DNA of 64,000 bases from Roseovarius sp. (GCA_029212365.1 JARGOC010000010.1:13441-77440); one strand, 5' to 3'; positions 39,220 to 49,710 are shown, counted from the first letter of the stretch. Notes: generated from the letters alone by a model not told the origin. Numbers and translations are program-made.

Positions 39220-39864
39220 CTAGAATTTGTGCCAAAGCCCCAGCTTGAAGGCGGCACTACCTGTGTCTTTTAGCCCGGTCTTTACCCCCAATTCGAGGTG
39301 AAGGCCGGGCGCCTTTTTGACCACCACCGAGGTGGCAAGGTCCAGATAATCAGGGTTCATTGGTTGATTGCCGTTTTGCAATTGCACCAGCAGCTTTAGG
39401 TCTTTGCGCAGGTTCACCCCCAAGGTGAGATCGGTGCTGACGTTCACATCGTCTTGGTCCACCTCGTAATAGGCCAATGCCTCAATCGAGAGCCAGCCAG
39501 AGAGTTTGCCCAGCTCCAGGCCGCGCCCCAGCATCAGGCCCGGACGCAACACCGCTTCGTCCTCAGCCACACCCATCCCCATTTCTAGGGAAACCTGCCA
39601 ATCCGTATCTGGTGCGGATAGCGGATAGCGGCCAAAGGCCACGGCCTTGTACAGCGTGTCATCCGCAAACCCAAGATCGACACCAGACGTGATGCGAGGG
39701 GTGATGCCATACTCAATGAAAAGTGAGGTGAATGTGGATTTAACCTCGGGGTTATATTCGACATTGAAGCTGAGGAAGCCTTCGCCTTTGGAGCGCATCC
39801 ACGCACCGGCATGAGCCTGAGCACCAAGCATAACCAAAAAGACCATCACCAAGACGCGCATCAA
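39220..39864 (-). CDS. Outer-membrane beta-barrel protein (hypothetical)
   Basis: Signal peptide MMRVLVMVFLVMLGAQAHA, alternating hydrophobic pattern, C-terminal ...KLGLWHKF ending in Phe. Confidence 0.65.
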   Translation of the reverse strand: MMRVLVMVFLVMLGAQAHAGAWMRSKGEGFLSFNVEYNPEVKSTFTSLFIEYGITPRITSGVDLGFADDTLYKAVAFGRYPLSAPDTDWQVSLEMGMGVAEDEAVLRPGLMLGRGLELGKLSGWLSIEALAYYEVDQDDVNVSTDLTLGVNLRKDLKLLVQLQNGNQPMNPDYLDLATSVVVKKAPGLHLELGVKTGLKDTGSAAFKLGLWHKF

Positions 39865-39973
39865 ACCCTCCGCGTTTCAGAATGGTTAAACAAGGTAAAA
39901 GATGGGTTAACGCAGGCCGGGGGATTTGACCTGGCCATGAGGGATGTTAGGCTGACAGCATAGGAGAACGCCC

Positions 39974-40294
39974 ATGCTCACAATCGCCGAATCCGACACC
40001 CACCAAACCGTAATCACCACCTTTGAAATGACCCCCGGCACCTGCCAGGATCTGCTGGATGCGCTGACAGATGCCTATGACAGCTTCATCTCCAAACAGC
40101 CGGGGTTCATTGCTGCCGGGTTGCATGTGAATGACGCACAGACCCGAATAGCCAGTTACTCGCAATGGCAACGGCGCGAGGATTTTCAGGCGATGCTGCG
40201 GTCGGATGAAATGCGCGCTCGCAACCGGCACATCAATGATCTGTGCAAAAGTTTTGAGCCAGTGATGTATGATGTCTCTGCCACATTCGGGTAG
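39974..40294 (+). CDS. Antibiotic biosynthesis monooxygenase (ABM) domain protein
   Basis: 106 aa, ferredoxin-like ABM pattern (...GFIAAGLHVNDAQTRIASYSQWQRREDFQAM...). Confidence 0.7.
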   Translation: MLTIAESDTHQTVITTFEMTPGTCQDLLDALTDAYDSFISKQPGFIAAGLHVNDAQTRIASYSQWQRREDFQAMLRSDEMRARNRHINDLCKSFEPVMYDVSATFG

Positions 40295-40299
40295 GCGGG

Positions 40300-40593
40300 A
40301 TGTCTGAGCAAAATCAAGTGACTGAGGCCGAGATTTCAGCCACCAGTGAATTGCAGGCCGTGCGCAAAGAGCTGGAATTGTTGAACAGCCATCGGTTTAT
40401 CCGCATGCATAATTCGGTGTTGCGCCTTATCGGATTCAATCTGGTGCGCGGGCTGGCCTTTGGGTTGGGGACTGTGTTGGGGGCCTCTGTCTTATTGTCG
40501 CTGTTCGTCTGGTCGGTCAGCCAGATCGAGTTTCTGCCGATCATCGGTGAATGGGCCTCTGAGATTTTGCGTCAAATCGAAGCCGGGCCATGA
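40300..40593 (+). CDS. Small membrane protein, DUF5665-like
   Basis: 97 aa. NSVLRLIGFNLVRGLAFGLGTVLGASVLLSL resembles DUF5665 as I recall it. Lies 5 nt after the ABM gene. Confidence 0.55.
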   Translation: MSEQNQVTEAEISATSELQAVRKELELLNSHRFIRMHNSVLRLIGFNLVRGLAFGLGTVLGASVLLSLFVWSVSQIEFLPIIGEWASEILRQIEAGP

Positions 40594-40663
40594 AGACACA
40601 TCTGCCCGCAATGCGCAGGAAACGGGTCGTTCTGCGGGGCGTTTTCGTGACACTCCGGTAGGC

Positions 40664-41590
40664 ATGGCTACATCTCCCGTTCTCACTCCGATTTCTGCCC
40701 TGATGTTACTGGCACTTGCCATTGTCTGGGGCGGATCGTTCTTTTTTGCCGAAGTGGCGTTATCGGAATTGCCTCCCATGACCGTGACCTTGTTCCGGGT
40801 TGCTTTGGCGGTGCCTGTATTGCTGGTGGTGGTCTGGCGGAAGGGGTTGCACCTGCCGCGCAGTCCCCGGCTCTGGGGGGCGTATCTGGTGATGGGGGCG
40901 TTGAACAATGCCATTCCTTTTACATTGATCTTCTGGGGTCAGACGCAGATCGAAAGCGGGCTGGCCTCAATCCTCAATGGCACCACGGCGGTGCTGGGTG
41001 CGGTTGTGGCCGGGCTTCTTTTGAAAGACGAACCGCTCACTCCGCGTAAGCTTGTTGGTGCGGGCTTTGGCCTGGCTGGGGTGGCGGCCATCATGGGGTT
41101 GGATTTGCTGAGCGGGCTGGACCTGCGCAACCTGGCCCAACTGGCGATTGTTGGCGCGGCGCTGTCATATGCCTTTGCCAGTGTCTGGGGCAAGGTGCAA
41201 TTGGCCGGGCAGCCGCCACAGATGAATGCGCTGGGCATGTTGATCGGCTCAACCGTGTTGATGGTGCCGCTGGCCCTCTGGGTAGATGGTGCGCCGCGGC
41301 TGGATTTGTCCTTACACGTCTGGGCGGCTCTTATCGGCGTGGCGACGTTGTCGACTGCGCTGGCCTATCTGCTGTATTTTGCCATTCTTGTACGGGCAGG
41401 GGCGGCCAATTTGATGTTGGTCACTTTGTTGATCCCGCCCTTTGCCATCGCACTTGGTGCGGCATTTCTGGATGAAGTGCTGACATCTTCGGCCTACTTG
41501 GGATTCACGCTGATTGGGCTGGGGCTGCTGATCACCGATGGGCGGATATTGGCGGTTTTCCGCGCAAATTCAGACCGTTCCAAAGGCTAA
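40664..41590 (+). CDS. DMT-family EamA transporter
   Basis: Start MATSPVLTPISALMLLALAIVWGGSFFF (ATG 40664). 10 TM segments forming two EamA repeats. Confidence 0.85.
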   Translation: MATSPVLTPISALMLLALAIVWGGSFFFAEVALSELPPMTVTLFRVALAVPVLLVVVWRKGLHLPRSPRLWGAYLVMGALNNAIPFTLIFWGQTQIESGLASILNGTTAVLGAVVAGLLLKDEPLTPRKLVGAGFGLAGVAAIMGLDLLSGLDLRNLAQLAIVGAALSYAFASVWGKVQLAGQPPQMNALGMLIGSTVLMVPLALWVDGAPRLDLSLHVWAALIGVATLSTALAYLLYFAILVRAGAANLMLVTLLIPPFAIALGAAFLDEVLTSSAYLGFTLIGLGLLITDGRILAVFRANSDRSKG

Positions 41591-41764
41591 AACACGGGGA
41601 AACGTGGCAAATATGCGCGCATATGTGAGGTGCGACTTAACGTGTTATTTGGTTATGAGCCATTTTAGTCTACATTCCCCTTTCGGCGGAAAGGTTTTGC
41701 GACAGAATAAAGCCAGTACGCCGTATAAGAGAGCAGAGTGCCGATCTAAGGAGGCAGATCAATT

Positions 41765-42235
41765 ATGAAAACTTTGATAGTACCGCTTGTGGCAAGTGCC
41801 GTTGCCATCACGTTGTTTACCGCCCCTGTTTTTGCCGAAGGCACCGGACAGGACCGTCTGGGCACATCCCAGTCCTGGCAGCAGGAGGTCAAATCCCGTA
41901 AGGCCCAACGCCGTGCAAACCGCAAAGCCAACCGGCAAGGTAGAATGAAACAAACCCGTGCCAATCGCAAAGCACGCCGTAATGGCGGGGCTGTGGCCAG
42001 CGCTGGTCGCCCTGGTGGCTATGGTTCAGGCTCGATCAATGATACGCTGGGCGGGTACGACCTGCCTGACTATGTCGGCGGTTACAACCAGCCGCCCAAC
42101 AATGGCGGTGGCTCGATCACCCAAATGCTGAATGAATACAACCTGCCCGAATATGTCGGCGGGTATAACCAGCCCATGCACGATGGATCCGGGTCCATTC
42201 TGGATGCGATTGGCGGCGTGGACCTGGCGAAGTAA
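41765..42235 (+). CDS. Secreted protein with a basic N-terminal region and 2.5 tandem repeats of about 26 aa (GSxSI..L..Y.LP.YVGGYNQP)
   Basis: AAGGAGG upstream. Signal peptide MKTLIVPLVASAVAITLFTAPVFA. Lys/Arg-rich block RKAQRRANRKANRQGRMKQTRANRKARR. Repeats at nt 42023-42232. Confidence 0.65.
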   Translation: MKTLIVPLVASAVAITLFTAPVFAEGTGQDRLGTSQSWQQEVKSRKAQRRANRKANRQGRMKQTRANRKARRNGGAVASAGRPGGYGSGSINDTLGGYDLPDYVGGYNQPPNNGGGSITQMLNEYNLPEYVGGYNQPMHDGSGSILDAIGGVDLAK

Positions 42236-42264
42236 CGTTCAGGCCAGCGAGGTTTTAATGGGGC

Positions 42265-42286
42265 GGGCGAGAGGCTCGCCCTTTTT
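42265..42286 (+). terminator. Rho-independent terminator
   Basis: GGGCGAG-AGG-CTCGCCC followed by TTTTT, 30 nt after the stop at 42235. Confidence 0.6.
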
Positions 42287-42366
42287 CATTGCCCACAAGG
42301 CTGGCAAGAAAGTCTAACCTGCGAATGCGCGCTGTTCCTGCCTTGATGGCAGTCCGATGACTGTGC

Positions 42367-44565
42367 CTATCGCCCCCGGCGTTTCACATTTCCACCGCGT
42401 TGTCCCGGACGCCCTGCCGTTGAGCGCCCGCGGGATTTTGTCGCAGCTTCGCCTGCGGCCTCGATCGCGGATTGGCGTGCCAGAGGATCGTCGGCTATGG
42501 CCAGATCGACAGCTTCCAGGCGCTTGACCTCGTCGCGCAATCGCGCGGCTTCCTCAAACTCCAGGTTTTCGGCGGCCTTGCGCATGTCTGTGCGCAGCCC
42601 ATCCAGATGCGCTTGAAGGTTGGCCCCAGCCAGCGGCTTGTCCACTGTTGCCGTGACGCGGGCCATATCCACATCCCCCTTGTAAAGCCCGGCCAGAATA
42701 TCATCGACGTTCTTTTTGACCGTGGCGGGGGTGATCCCGTGTTCTTTGTTATAGGCAATTTGCTTGGCGCGGCGGCGGTTGGTTTCGCCCAAGGCGCGCT
42801 CCATGGATCCGGTAATGCGGTCCGCATACATGATGACACGCCCCTCGGCGTTGCGCGCAGCACGTCCGATGGTCTGAACCAGCGATGTCTCAGAGCGCAA
42901 GAAGCCTTCTTTGTCGGCGTCCAGAATGGCCACCAGACCACATTCCGGAATATCGAGCCCCTCACGCAGCAGGTTGATGCCGATCAAAACATCGAATGCA
43001 CCAAGCCGCAAATCTCGTAAAATCTCAATTCTTTCAAGGGTATCAATGTCAGAGTGCATGTAACGCACGCGGATGCCTTGCTCGTGCAGATATTCGGTCA
43101 GGTCTTCGGCCATGCGTTTGGTCAGGGTGGTCACCAGAATGCGGAACCCATCGGCGGCAACACGCCGTATTTCATCGAGCAGATCATCAACCTGCATCTC
43201 GACCGGACGGATTTCGACCTTGGGATCCAGCAGGCCGGTGGGCCGGATCACCTGTTCTGCAAAAACACCACCGGTCTGTTCAATTTCCCACTTGGCGGGG
43301 GTGGCGGACACGAACACCGATTGCGGGCGCATGGCGTCCCATTCCTCAAATTTCAGAGGCCGGTTATCCATGCAAGATGGTAGTCTAAACCCATGTTCTG
43401 ACAGCGTAAACTTGCGCCGGTAGTCGCCTTTGTACATGCCGCCGATCTGGGGCACAGACACATGAGATTCATCCGCAAAGACGATGGCATTGTCGGGAAT
43501 AAACTCAAACAATGTGGGGGGCGGCTCGCCCGGTGCGCGGCCCGTCAGATAACGGGAATAGTTTTCGATCCCGTTGCAGATGCCGGTGGCTTCCAGCATT
43601 TCCAGATCAAAGTTTGTGCGCTGCTCCAGGCGCTGCGCTTCCAGCAGTTTGCCGTCGCCAACCAGTTGATCGAGCCGGGTACGCAGCTCATTTTTGATTT
43701 GGATGATGGCTTGGGTCATGGTTGGTTTGGGCGTGACATAATGCGAATTGGCATAGACGCGAATTTGCTCCAACGTGGCGGCTTTCTCGCCGGTTAATGG
43801 ATCAAATTCCGTAATAGTTTCAAGCTCCTCCCCGAAGAAGCTCAACTTCCAGGCGCGGTCTTCAAGGTGGGCGGGCCATATTTCAAGACTGTCACCACGC
43901 ACCCGGAATGATCCGCGCGAAAAACCGGCATCATTGCGTTTATAGGCCTGCGCCACCAGTTCGGCCATCACCTGGCGTTGATCATAGGTGTCGCCAACTT
44001 TCAGGTCTTGGGTCATTGCGCCGTAGGTTTCCACCGATCCGATACCGTAGATACACGAAACCGATGCCACGATGATCACATCATCGCGTTCCAACAAGGC
44101 CCGCGTGGCCGAATGGCGCATGCGGTCGATCTGCTCGTTGATTTGGGATTCTTTCTCGATGTAGGTGTCCGAGCGCGCCACATAGGCCTCGGGCTGGTAA
44201 TAGTCGTAGAAAGATACGAAATATTCCACGGCGTTATGGGGAAAAAACCCTTTGAATTCCCCGTAAAGCTGTGCCGCCAGTGTTTTGTTGGGGGCAAGGA
44301 TGATCGCCGGGCGTTGCGTTTGGGCAATCACTTTGGCCATCGTATAGGTTTTGCCGGTGCCGGTGGCCCCCAGCAGAACCTGATTCCGCTCACCATCGGC
44401 AAGACCGCTTGTCAGTTCGGCAATGGCGGTGGGTTGATCACCGGCCGGTTCAAATTCTGACACCAGATCGAATGCCACGCCGCCTTCCAGCTTGGTGTGG
44501 TCCTTCACAGCGGGGGCCGGGCTGACCTGCGCGGTGCCAGATTTGTCGGAGTGGGCATAGGGCAT
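42367..44565 (-). CDS. uvrB: Excinuclease ABC subunit B
   Basis: GATGTGKT Walker A, helicase motifs, C-terminal UVR domain ([14 protein letters not shown]). Start probably [10 protein letters not shown] (44565); the track ORF begins at 44589. Confidence 0.95.
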   Translation of the reverse strand: MPYAHSDKSGTAQVSPAPAVKDHTKLEGGVAFDLVSEFEPAGDQPTAIAELTSGLADGERNQVLLGATGTGKTYTMAKVIAQTQRPAIILAPNKTLAAQLYGEFKGFFPHNAVEYFVSFYDYYQPEAYVARSDTYIEKESQINEQIDRMRHSATRALLERDDVIIVASVSCIYGIGSVETYGAMTQDLKVGDTYDQRQVMAELVAQAYKRNDAGFSRGSFRVRGDSLEIWPAHLEDRAWKLSFFGEELETITEFDPLTGEKAATLEQIRVYANSHYVTPKPTMTQAIIQIKNELRTRLDQLVGDGKLLEAQRLEQRTNFDLEMLEATGICNGIENYSRYLTGRAPGEPPPTLFEFIPDNAIVFADESHVSVPQIGGMYKGDYRRKFTLSEHGFRLPSCMDNRPLKFEEWDAMRPQSVFVSATPAKWEIEQTGGVFAEQVIRPTGLLDPKVEIRPVEMQVDDLLDEIRRVAADGFRILVTTLTKRMAEDLTEYLHEQGIRVRYMHSDIDTLERIEILRDLRLGAFDVLIGINLLREGLDIPECGLVAILDADKEGFLRSETSLVQTIGRAARNAEGRVIMYADRITGSMERALGETNRRRAKQIAYNKEHGITPATVKKNVDDILAGLYKGDVDMARVTATVDKPLAGANLQAHLDGLRTDMRKAAENLEFEEAARLRDEVKRLEAVDLAIADDPLARQSAIEAAGEAATKSRGRSTAGRPGQRGGNVKRRGR

Positions 44566-44718
44566 TGGGCAGCGTCCTTGGGGTTTCACACAGAGTTGAT
44601 GGGTTTGCAGGGCACTTCAAGCCCCATGCGCAAGGCGGCGTGATAAAACTTGCAATTGGCCCATGTCAGGGGGATGCTGCTGACATCTAATGTCACCAAG
44701 TTCCATTTTGAAGTCATC

Positions 44719-45549
44719 ATGATTGTTCAATTGATCCACAAGGTTCAAACTGCGCTGCTGGTCGCCTCCTTCTTTGGGGCGGGGGCGGCATCTGCCTGTG
44801 ATGCGGTGAATTTTCGCACAATGACCATTCCGGAGGATGATCCGGCGCCGGTGCGTGCCTTATTGGCGGCCTATCGGGGGCTGTCTTATGCGAATGATGC
44901 GGTGGTCATGCCGGATGGCACGGCGTTGCCGATGGGCGTGATCCGCAATGTGTTGCCGGCTGAGCGGCTGACCTCGGCCACAATATCTGAACAGTTCTAT
45001 TACACCTATCCATTGGCGTTTGATCTGACCCAGCGGCGCAAAGCCTGGGAAGATCCGGGCCGATTGCGCAATGACGCGTTTTTTCGCGCGCTCTATTTTG
45101 CTGACAAGGCGGCGGCCAGGAAAACCCTGAGCAAAGTCAGCTGGAGCAAGGGGGCTTCAGCCAGTTTCTATATGACGGGCAAATATCAGGTGGCCTGTCA
45201 ATTGGCGGCGGTGTTTGCCGCGCTTGAGGCTGAGGGCACCGATTTCGCGCCGTTTTTCCGCAAATCCGGGGGGAGTTTCAACTGGCGAGTGATCAGTGGC
45301 ACGGACCGGCTGAGCGCGCATAGTTTTGGTATTGCCATTGATCTGAATACTGAGTTGGGCGGATATTGGAAATGGTCAGGTGCCAAACCGGGCCACGCCA
45401 CCGAGTACAACAATAAGGTCCCCCAAACATTGGTCCAGGCATTTGAAACATACGGATTTATCTGGGGTGGAAAATGGCATCACTTTGATGGAATGCATTT
45501 TGAATACCGCCCCGAGATGATATTATACGCACGGCTAATAGACGAATGA
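44719..45549 (+). CDS. M15-family D-Ala-D-Ala carboxypeptidase-like peptidase (VanY/M15B type), secreted
   Basis: Signal MIVQLIHKVQTALLVASFFGAGAASA. Zn-ligand motifs SAHSFGIAIDLN and FIWGGKWHHFDGMHFEY. Confidence 0.8.
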   Translation: MIVQLIHKVQTALLVASFFGAGAASACDAVNFRTMTIPEDDPAPVRALLAAYRGLSYANDAVVMPDGTALPMGVIRNVLPAERLTSATISEQFYYTYPLAFDLTQRRKAWEDPGRLRNDAFFRALYFADKAAARKTLSKVSWSKGASASFYMTGKYQVACQLAAVFAALEAEGTDFAPFFRKSGGSFNWRVISGTDRLSAHSFGIAIDLNTELGGYWKWSGAKPGHATEYNNKVPQTLVQAFETYGFIWGGKWHHFDGMHFEYRPEMILYARLIDE

Positions 45550-45588
45550 AGATCCGGGTGTATGGTATTGAATTAAAGGAGTAATGAC

Positions 45589-45978
45589 ATGAAGAAAACA
45601 ATTTTGAGCATCATCGCCATGTTTGGGATATCGGCAGGCGCTGCCAGCGCCGGGCAAGACCTGATGGAAAGCTATGTGGCGGTGATCGGGTTGGATGATA
45701 TCTATAACTCCAAGGGCGCACGGCTGCATGAGCCTTGGCAAATTTTGCGTCAGGACCGTGCCAATTTTCACCGGTTCGGCATTCGCCAACAGGGCGATCA
45801 GGGGGATCGGTTTTTTGCCCGCAAAGACCACCGCGCCATCATGGAGCGCATGGTGATGAACGGCTATATTGACCCGCAGGCGGCGCGCAACATTCAATCG
45901 GGCAATGCATGGGTTTTGGTCGAGATTTATGGATCAGGCGGAATTGCAGATTATGTGAACGTGACTGTGCATCGCTAG
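45589..45978 (+). CDS. Secreted hypothetical protein (129 aa)
   Basis: AAAGGAG upstream. Signal peptide MKKTILSIIAMFGISAGAASA. No known domain. Confidence 0.55.
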   Translation: MKKTILSIIAMFGISAGAASAGQDLMESYVAVIGLDDIYNSKGARLHEPWQILRQDRANFHRFGIRQQGDQGDRFFARKDHRAIMERMVMNGYIDPQAARNIQSGNAWVLVEIYGSGGIADYVNVTVHR

Positions 45979-46104
45979 GGTGATCTGCATCACCTGTTTG
46001 CCCCACCAATCTGCGCCAATGCGATTATCGGCAAAGTGACGTATTTCGCACCTTGCCGCGCGCGCATGATTTTGGGATAACGGGCCTATCCAAGGAGTAC
46101 TGTC

Positions 46105-46416
46105 ATGCCTGCACGCATTTACCAGCCGGCCCGCAATGCCATGCAATCAGGCGTTGGCAAAACCAAATATTGGTTGCTTGAGCATGTCTCGGACAGCGCG
46201 CGGTCGGTTGATCCGCTGATGGGCTGGACCTCAAACAGTGATACCCAGGCCCAGGTGCGCATTCGGTTTGACAGTAAAGAAGCAGCTTTGGCCTATGCCG
46301 AGGCCCATGGCATTGACGCTGTTGTGCAGGACCCCAAACGCCGCAAGCCCAATATTCGCGCTGGTGGGTATGGCGAGAACTTTGCCACAAATCGCCGGGG
46401 CGCCTGGACGCATTAA
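46105..46416 (+). CDS. ETC complex I subunit conserved region protein (NDUFS4-like)
   Basis: 103 aa. ARIYQPARNAMQSG...DPLMGWTSS-type sequence and GYGENF match the bacterial NDUFS4-homolog family. Confidence 0.85.
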   Translation: MPARIYQPARNAMQSGVGKTKYWLLEHVSDSARSVDPLMGWTSNSDTQAQVRIRFDSKEAALAYAEAHGIDAVVQDPKRRKPNIRAGGYGENFATNRRGAWTH

Positions 46417-46533
46417 GTGGGCCTAGCTGCTATTGGCCGATCACCGCGATCATGCCTTCATTTGATGCCGATCAAAGCGCGGTTTGCGCGATCGTGGTAA
46501 GCGTCCTTTCAAATATTATTGAAAGGAATATTA

Positions 46534-47487
46534 ATGGCCAATCGTTCACCTGCACAAAAAGCGACAGTAGCAAAACCATCCGCAAAACCCCCAGTTGCCC
46601 AGCCTGAAAATGAGGCAGATGTGGCGAGGGCTGTTGAAGCGCCCAGCCAGATTGAAGCGTTTGAAAGCGGTAAATATCCGTATCAAACAAAATTGGGGCG
46701 GCGTGACTATGAGGATCAAAAATCCAAATTGCAGGCTGAGTTGCTTAAGGTTCAGCATTGGGCGCAAGAAACCGGCCAGAAGTTTGTATTGCTGTTTGAG
46801 GGGCGTGATGCAGCCGGGAAGGGCGGCACGATCAAACGGTTTACCGAGCATATGAATCCGCGGACAGCACGGGTTGTGGCGTTGAACAAGCCCACCGACG
46901 AAGAACGTGGCCAATGGTTTTTTCAGCGCTATATCAATCATTTGCCAACCAAAGGTGAGATGGTTTTATATGATCGCTCGTGGTACAATCGCGCCGGTGT
47001 TGAACGGGTCATGGGGTTTTGTGAACCTGCTGAGTATCTGGAATTCATGCGCCAAACGCCTGATCTGGAACAGATGCTGGTGCGCTCTGGTATCCGGTTG
47101 TTCAAGTTTTGGTTTTCCGTCACCCAGGAAGAGCAACGCGCGCGGTTTGCCTCGCGTGAAACGGACCCGTTGAAACAATGGAAACTCAGCCCGATTGACA
47201 AGGCCTCTTTGGACAAATGGGATGACTACACCGAGGCAAAAGAGGCGATGTTTTTCTATACCGACACCGCCGATGCGCCTTGGACAGTGATCAAATCCAA
47301 CGACAAAAAGCGCGCGCGAATAAACTGCATGCGCCATTTCCTGGCCACTCTGGATTATCCGGGCAAGGATTTGGACGTGGTGCAAGGCCCCGATCCGTTG
47401 ATTGTGGGGTCTGCCCATAATGTGATCCACGACAGTCAGCATATTCTGGGCGTGGCACTGCACCCTGACCAACGCAAATCGCGCTAA
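46534..47487 (+). CDS. ppk2: Polyphosphate kinase 2
   Basis: ATG 46534 (GAAAGGAA upstream). FEGRDAAGKGGTIKRFTEHMNPR Walker A and PPK2 lid motifs. Confidence 0.9.
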   Translation: MANRSPAQKATVAKPSAKPPVAQPENEADVARAVEAPSQIEAFESGKYPYQTKLGRRDYEDQKSKLQAELLKVQHWAQETGQKFVLLFEGRDAAGKGGTIKRFTEHMNPRTARVVALNKPTDEERGQWFFQRYINHLPTKGEMVLYDRSWYNRAGVERVMGFCEPAEYLEFMRQTPDLEQMLVRSGIRLFKFWFSVTQEEQRARFASRETDPLKQWKLSPIDKASLDKWDDYTEAKEAMFFYTDTADAPWTVIKSNDKKRARINCMRHFLATLDYPGKDLDVVQGPDPLIVGSAHNVIHDSQHILGVALHPDQRKSR

Positions 47488-47685
47488 TCACGTTGAACAA
47501 ACCCGAACCAAGCGCCTAAACCCCACCTGCTGTGGCGCTTGGGCGGGCTTTGCCATTGTGGCGGTTTTGCCAAAGGTGATGTGACGGTATTCATCTGGGT
47601 TGTTTGGGCAAGGGTGATACGCTTTGGGCGACCAGCACGGGCCAGCGGACTTGCCCTTAAAGAGGTGCCCGCGTAATGCTGATTA

Positions 47686-49050
47686 ATGACCCGTCATTCG
47701 CTCAGTTATCACATGCGCGCGCATTTGCGCCTTGGGGTGCCCCTGATCGGCAGCCACATTGCGCAATTGTCGATCACCTTGACGGATACGTTGATGATCG
47801 GCTGGTATGATGTCGAGGCTCTGGCCGCATTGGCGCTGGCCGCTGAGCTGTTCTTTGTCTTGTTCATCTTTGGCTCGGGTATTGCTTTGGCTGTGATGCC
47901 GATGGTGGCGTCGGCGCAGGCGATGGGTGACGAAGTGCAGGTGCGCCGCATCACCCGGATGGGGGCTTGGGCCTCCATCCTGTTTGGACTGGGTATATTG
48001 CCGATCCTGATGTCCGGGCGCGCTATGTTTCTGGCATTGGGCCAAGATCAGATGATTGCCGATCTGGGCGGGCAGTATTTGCGCATCGCAGGCTGGGGCA
48101 TCTTGCCAGCATTGTTGGTGATGGTGTTCAAGTCGTTCCTGTCAGCCCTGGAGCGCACACAAGTGGTGTTGTGGATCACCCTTGCGGCGGTCGGGCTGAA
48201 TGCGGTTTTGAATTACGCGCTGATCTTTGGCAATTGGGGGATGCCTGAGTTGGGCATACAAGGGGCGGCCATTGCCTCGGTTTTGGTGAATATCGCCTCC
48301 TTCCTGGGCCTTGCAATGTATTCAAAACATGCGGTGTCAGACCACGAGTTGTTCGCCCGGCTTTGGCGCCCCGATTGGGAGGCGCTGAGGCAGGTGTTTC
48401 GCCTTGGGCTGCCTATTGGCATCACCATGTTGGCGGAAAGCGCCTTGTTCATTGCCTCGTCAATCATGATGGGCTGGATTGGGACGTTGCAATTGGCGGC
48501 GCATGGCATTGCGCTGTCGATCGCCTCGATCACTTTCATGCTGTATCTGGGGCTGGCCAATGCCGCCACGGTGCGGGCCGGTCAGGCCTATGGGCGGCGT
48601 GACATAACCAGTTTGCGCGATGGCGCAAAGGCGGTGATCATATTGTGCGGCTTGGTGGCTATCGCGACGATCACGGTGTTCATCTTGTTCCCCGAAGTGC
48701 TAATCAGCGCATTCATGAGCCCGGATGAGCCGAACCGCACGGCGGTCCTTGCGGTGGGGGTGGGGCTGATGGCCGCTGCGGCATTGTTTCAGTTTATGGA
48801 TGCAGCACAGGTCCTGGCGCTGGGGTTGTTGCGCGGCGTGCAGGATACCACCGTTCCGATGTGGATAGCTGCGTTCAGCTATTGGATCGTGGGGGTGCCG
48901 GTCAGCTATGTGCTGGGCTTTAGTGTCGGGCTAGGCGGCGTTGGCATCTGGCTGGGGCTTGCCATTGGATTGGCGCTTTGCTCGGTCTTGTTGATGGCGC
49001 GGTTCTGGCTAGGCTCAGGGCGCGGAACAGGTGCGGCGTGGGCTGCGTGA
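47686..49050 (+). CDS. MATE-family multidrug efflux transporter
   Basis: 454 aa, 12 TM segments, NorM-like repeats. Confidence 0.9.
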   Translation: MTRHSLSYHMRAHLRLGVPLIGSHIAQLSITLTDTLMIGWYDVEALAALALAAELFFVLFIFGSGIALAVMPMVASAQAMGDEVQVRRITRMGAWASILFGLGILPILMSGRAMFLALGQDQMIADLGGQYLRIAGWGILPALLVMVFKSFLSALERTQVVLWITLAAVGLNAVLNYALIFGNWGMPELGIQGAAIASVLVNIASFLGLAMYSKHAVSDHELFARLWRPDWEALRQVFRLGLPIGITMLAESALFIASSIMMGWIGTLQLAAHGIALSIASITFMLYLGLANAATVRAGQAYGRRDITSLRDGAKAVIILCGLVAIATITVFILFPEVLISAFMSPDEPNRTAVLAVGVGLMAAAALFQFMDAAQVLALGLLRGVQDTTVPMWIAAFSYWIVGVPVSYVLGFSVGLGGVGIWLGLAIGLALCSVLLMARFWLGSGRGTGAAWAA

Positions 49051-49104
49051 GGCGTGATACTGTCGCAAGCGATGCAGGGCTGACAAGCTGATGGGCACTG
49101 ATCG

Positions 49105-49530
49105 CTACGCGTCATCCTCATCATCGCCATCGCGCCCGGCCAGCAGCCGATCTGCCTTTTTGCGCACCAGAACCGAACGCAGGTCATGCATGGCCAAAAG
49201 CAGTGCATCGGTCACATTTTCCAGATCCTCATCCGAGGCTTTGGACTGCACCCAATGGGTTGTTGTGTTCAGGTAATCCACCGCGCGGTGAATATCGTCG
49301 ATGTCACGGCGCGCCAGCAGGGCCATGCGCTCGCTCATCCAGTCTTCGATGACCTGCATGTCACCCGGAGATAGCTCACGCTCGCCGTGGGGTTTGACCT
49401 GACCATTGCGGATGTTAATCACCGCGATCTGGTCCATATCAATGCGTCGCTGACGGTTTTCAGTGTCCACACGAAACACGAAAGCGCCGTTCTCTCGCAC
49501 GCGGAAATAATACTCGGGCAGGTCGGACAT
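49105..49530 (-). CDS. Conserved hypothetical protein with acidic C-terminus
   Basis: 141 aa with clean ORF and codon usage. MSDLPEYYFRVRENGAFVFRV... No domain I can name. Confidence 0.6.
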   Translation of the reverse strand: MSDLPEYYFRVRENGAFVFRVDTENRQRRIDMDQIAVINIRNGQVKPHGERELSPGDMQVIEDWMSERMALLARRDIDDIHRAVDYLNTTTHWVQSKASDEDLENVTDALLLAMHDLRSVLVRKKADRLLAGRDGDDEDDA

Positions 49531-49710
49531 GATGTGGTTTGTGCTCGCAGTTAGGGCCTTGTTTAGACAATGCAGCGCTGCGTTGGGTTTTTCAACTCCC
49601 GGTGTGAAGCGATCTGCGGGTTATGCTGTCAAACTGACAGAATGTTGCCCTTTAGACAGCGCTAAGGCAAGCCCGGCCCAAGTGACCAACCTCACTGTGA
49701 AGGCGGCACT

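Noticed and set aside
47527-47561. 9-bp stem hairpin CCAAGCGCC...GGCGCTTGG downstream of ppk2 as a terminator
   Set aside because: It has a 17-nt loop and no following U-tract, so at best it is a weak or Rho-assisted element. That is not enough to annotate.
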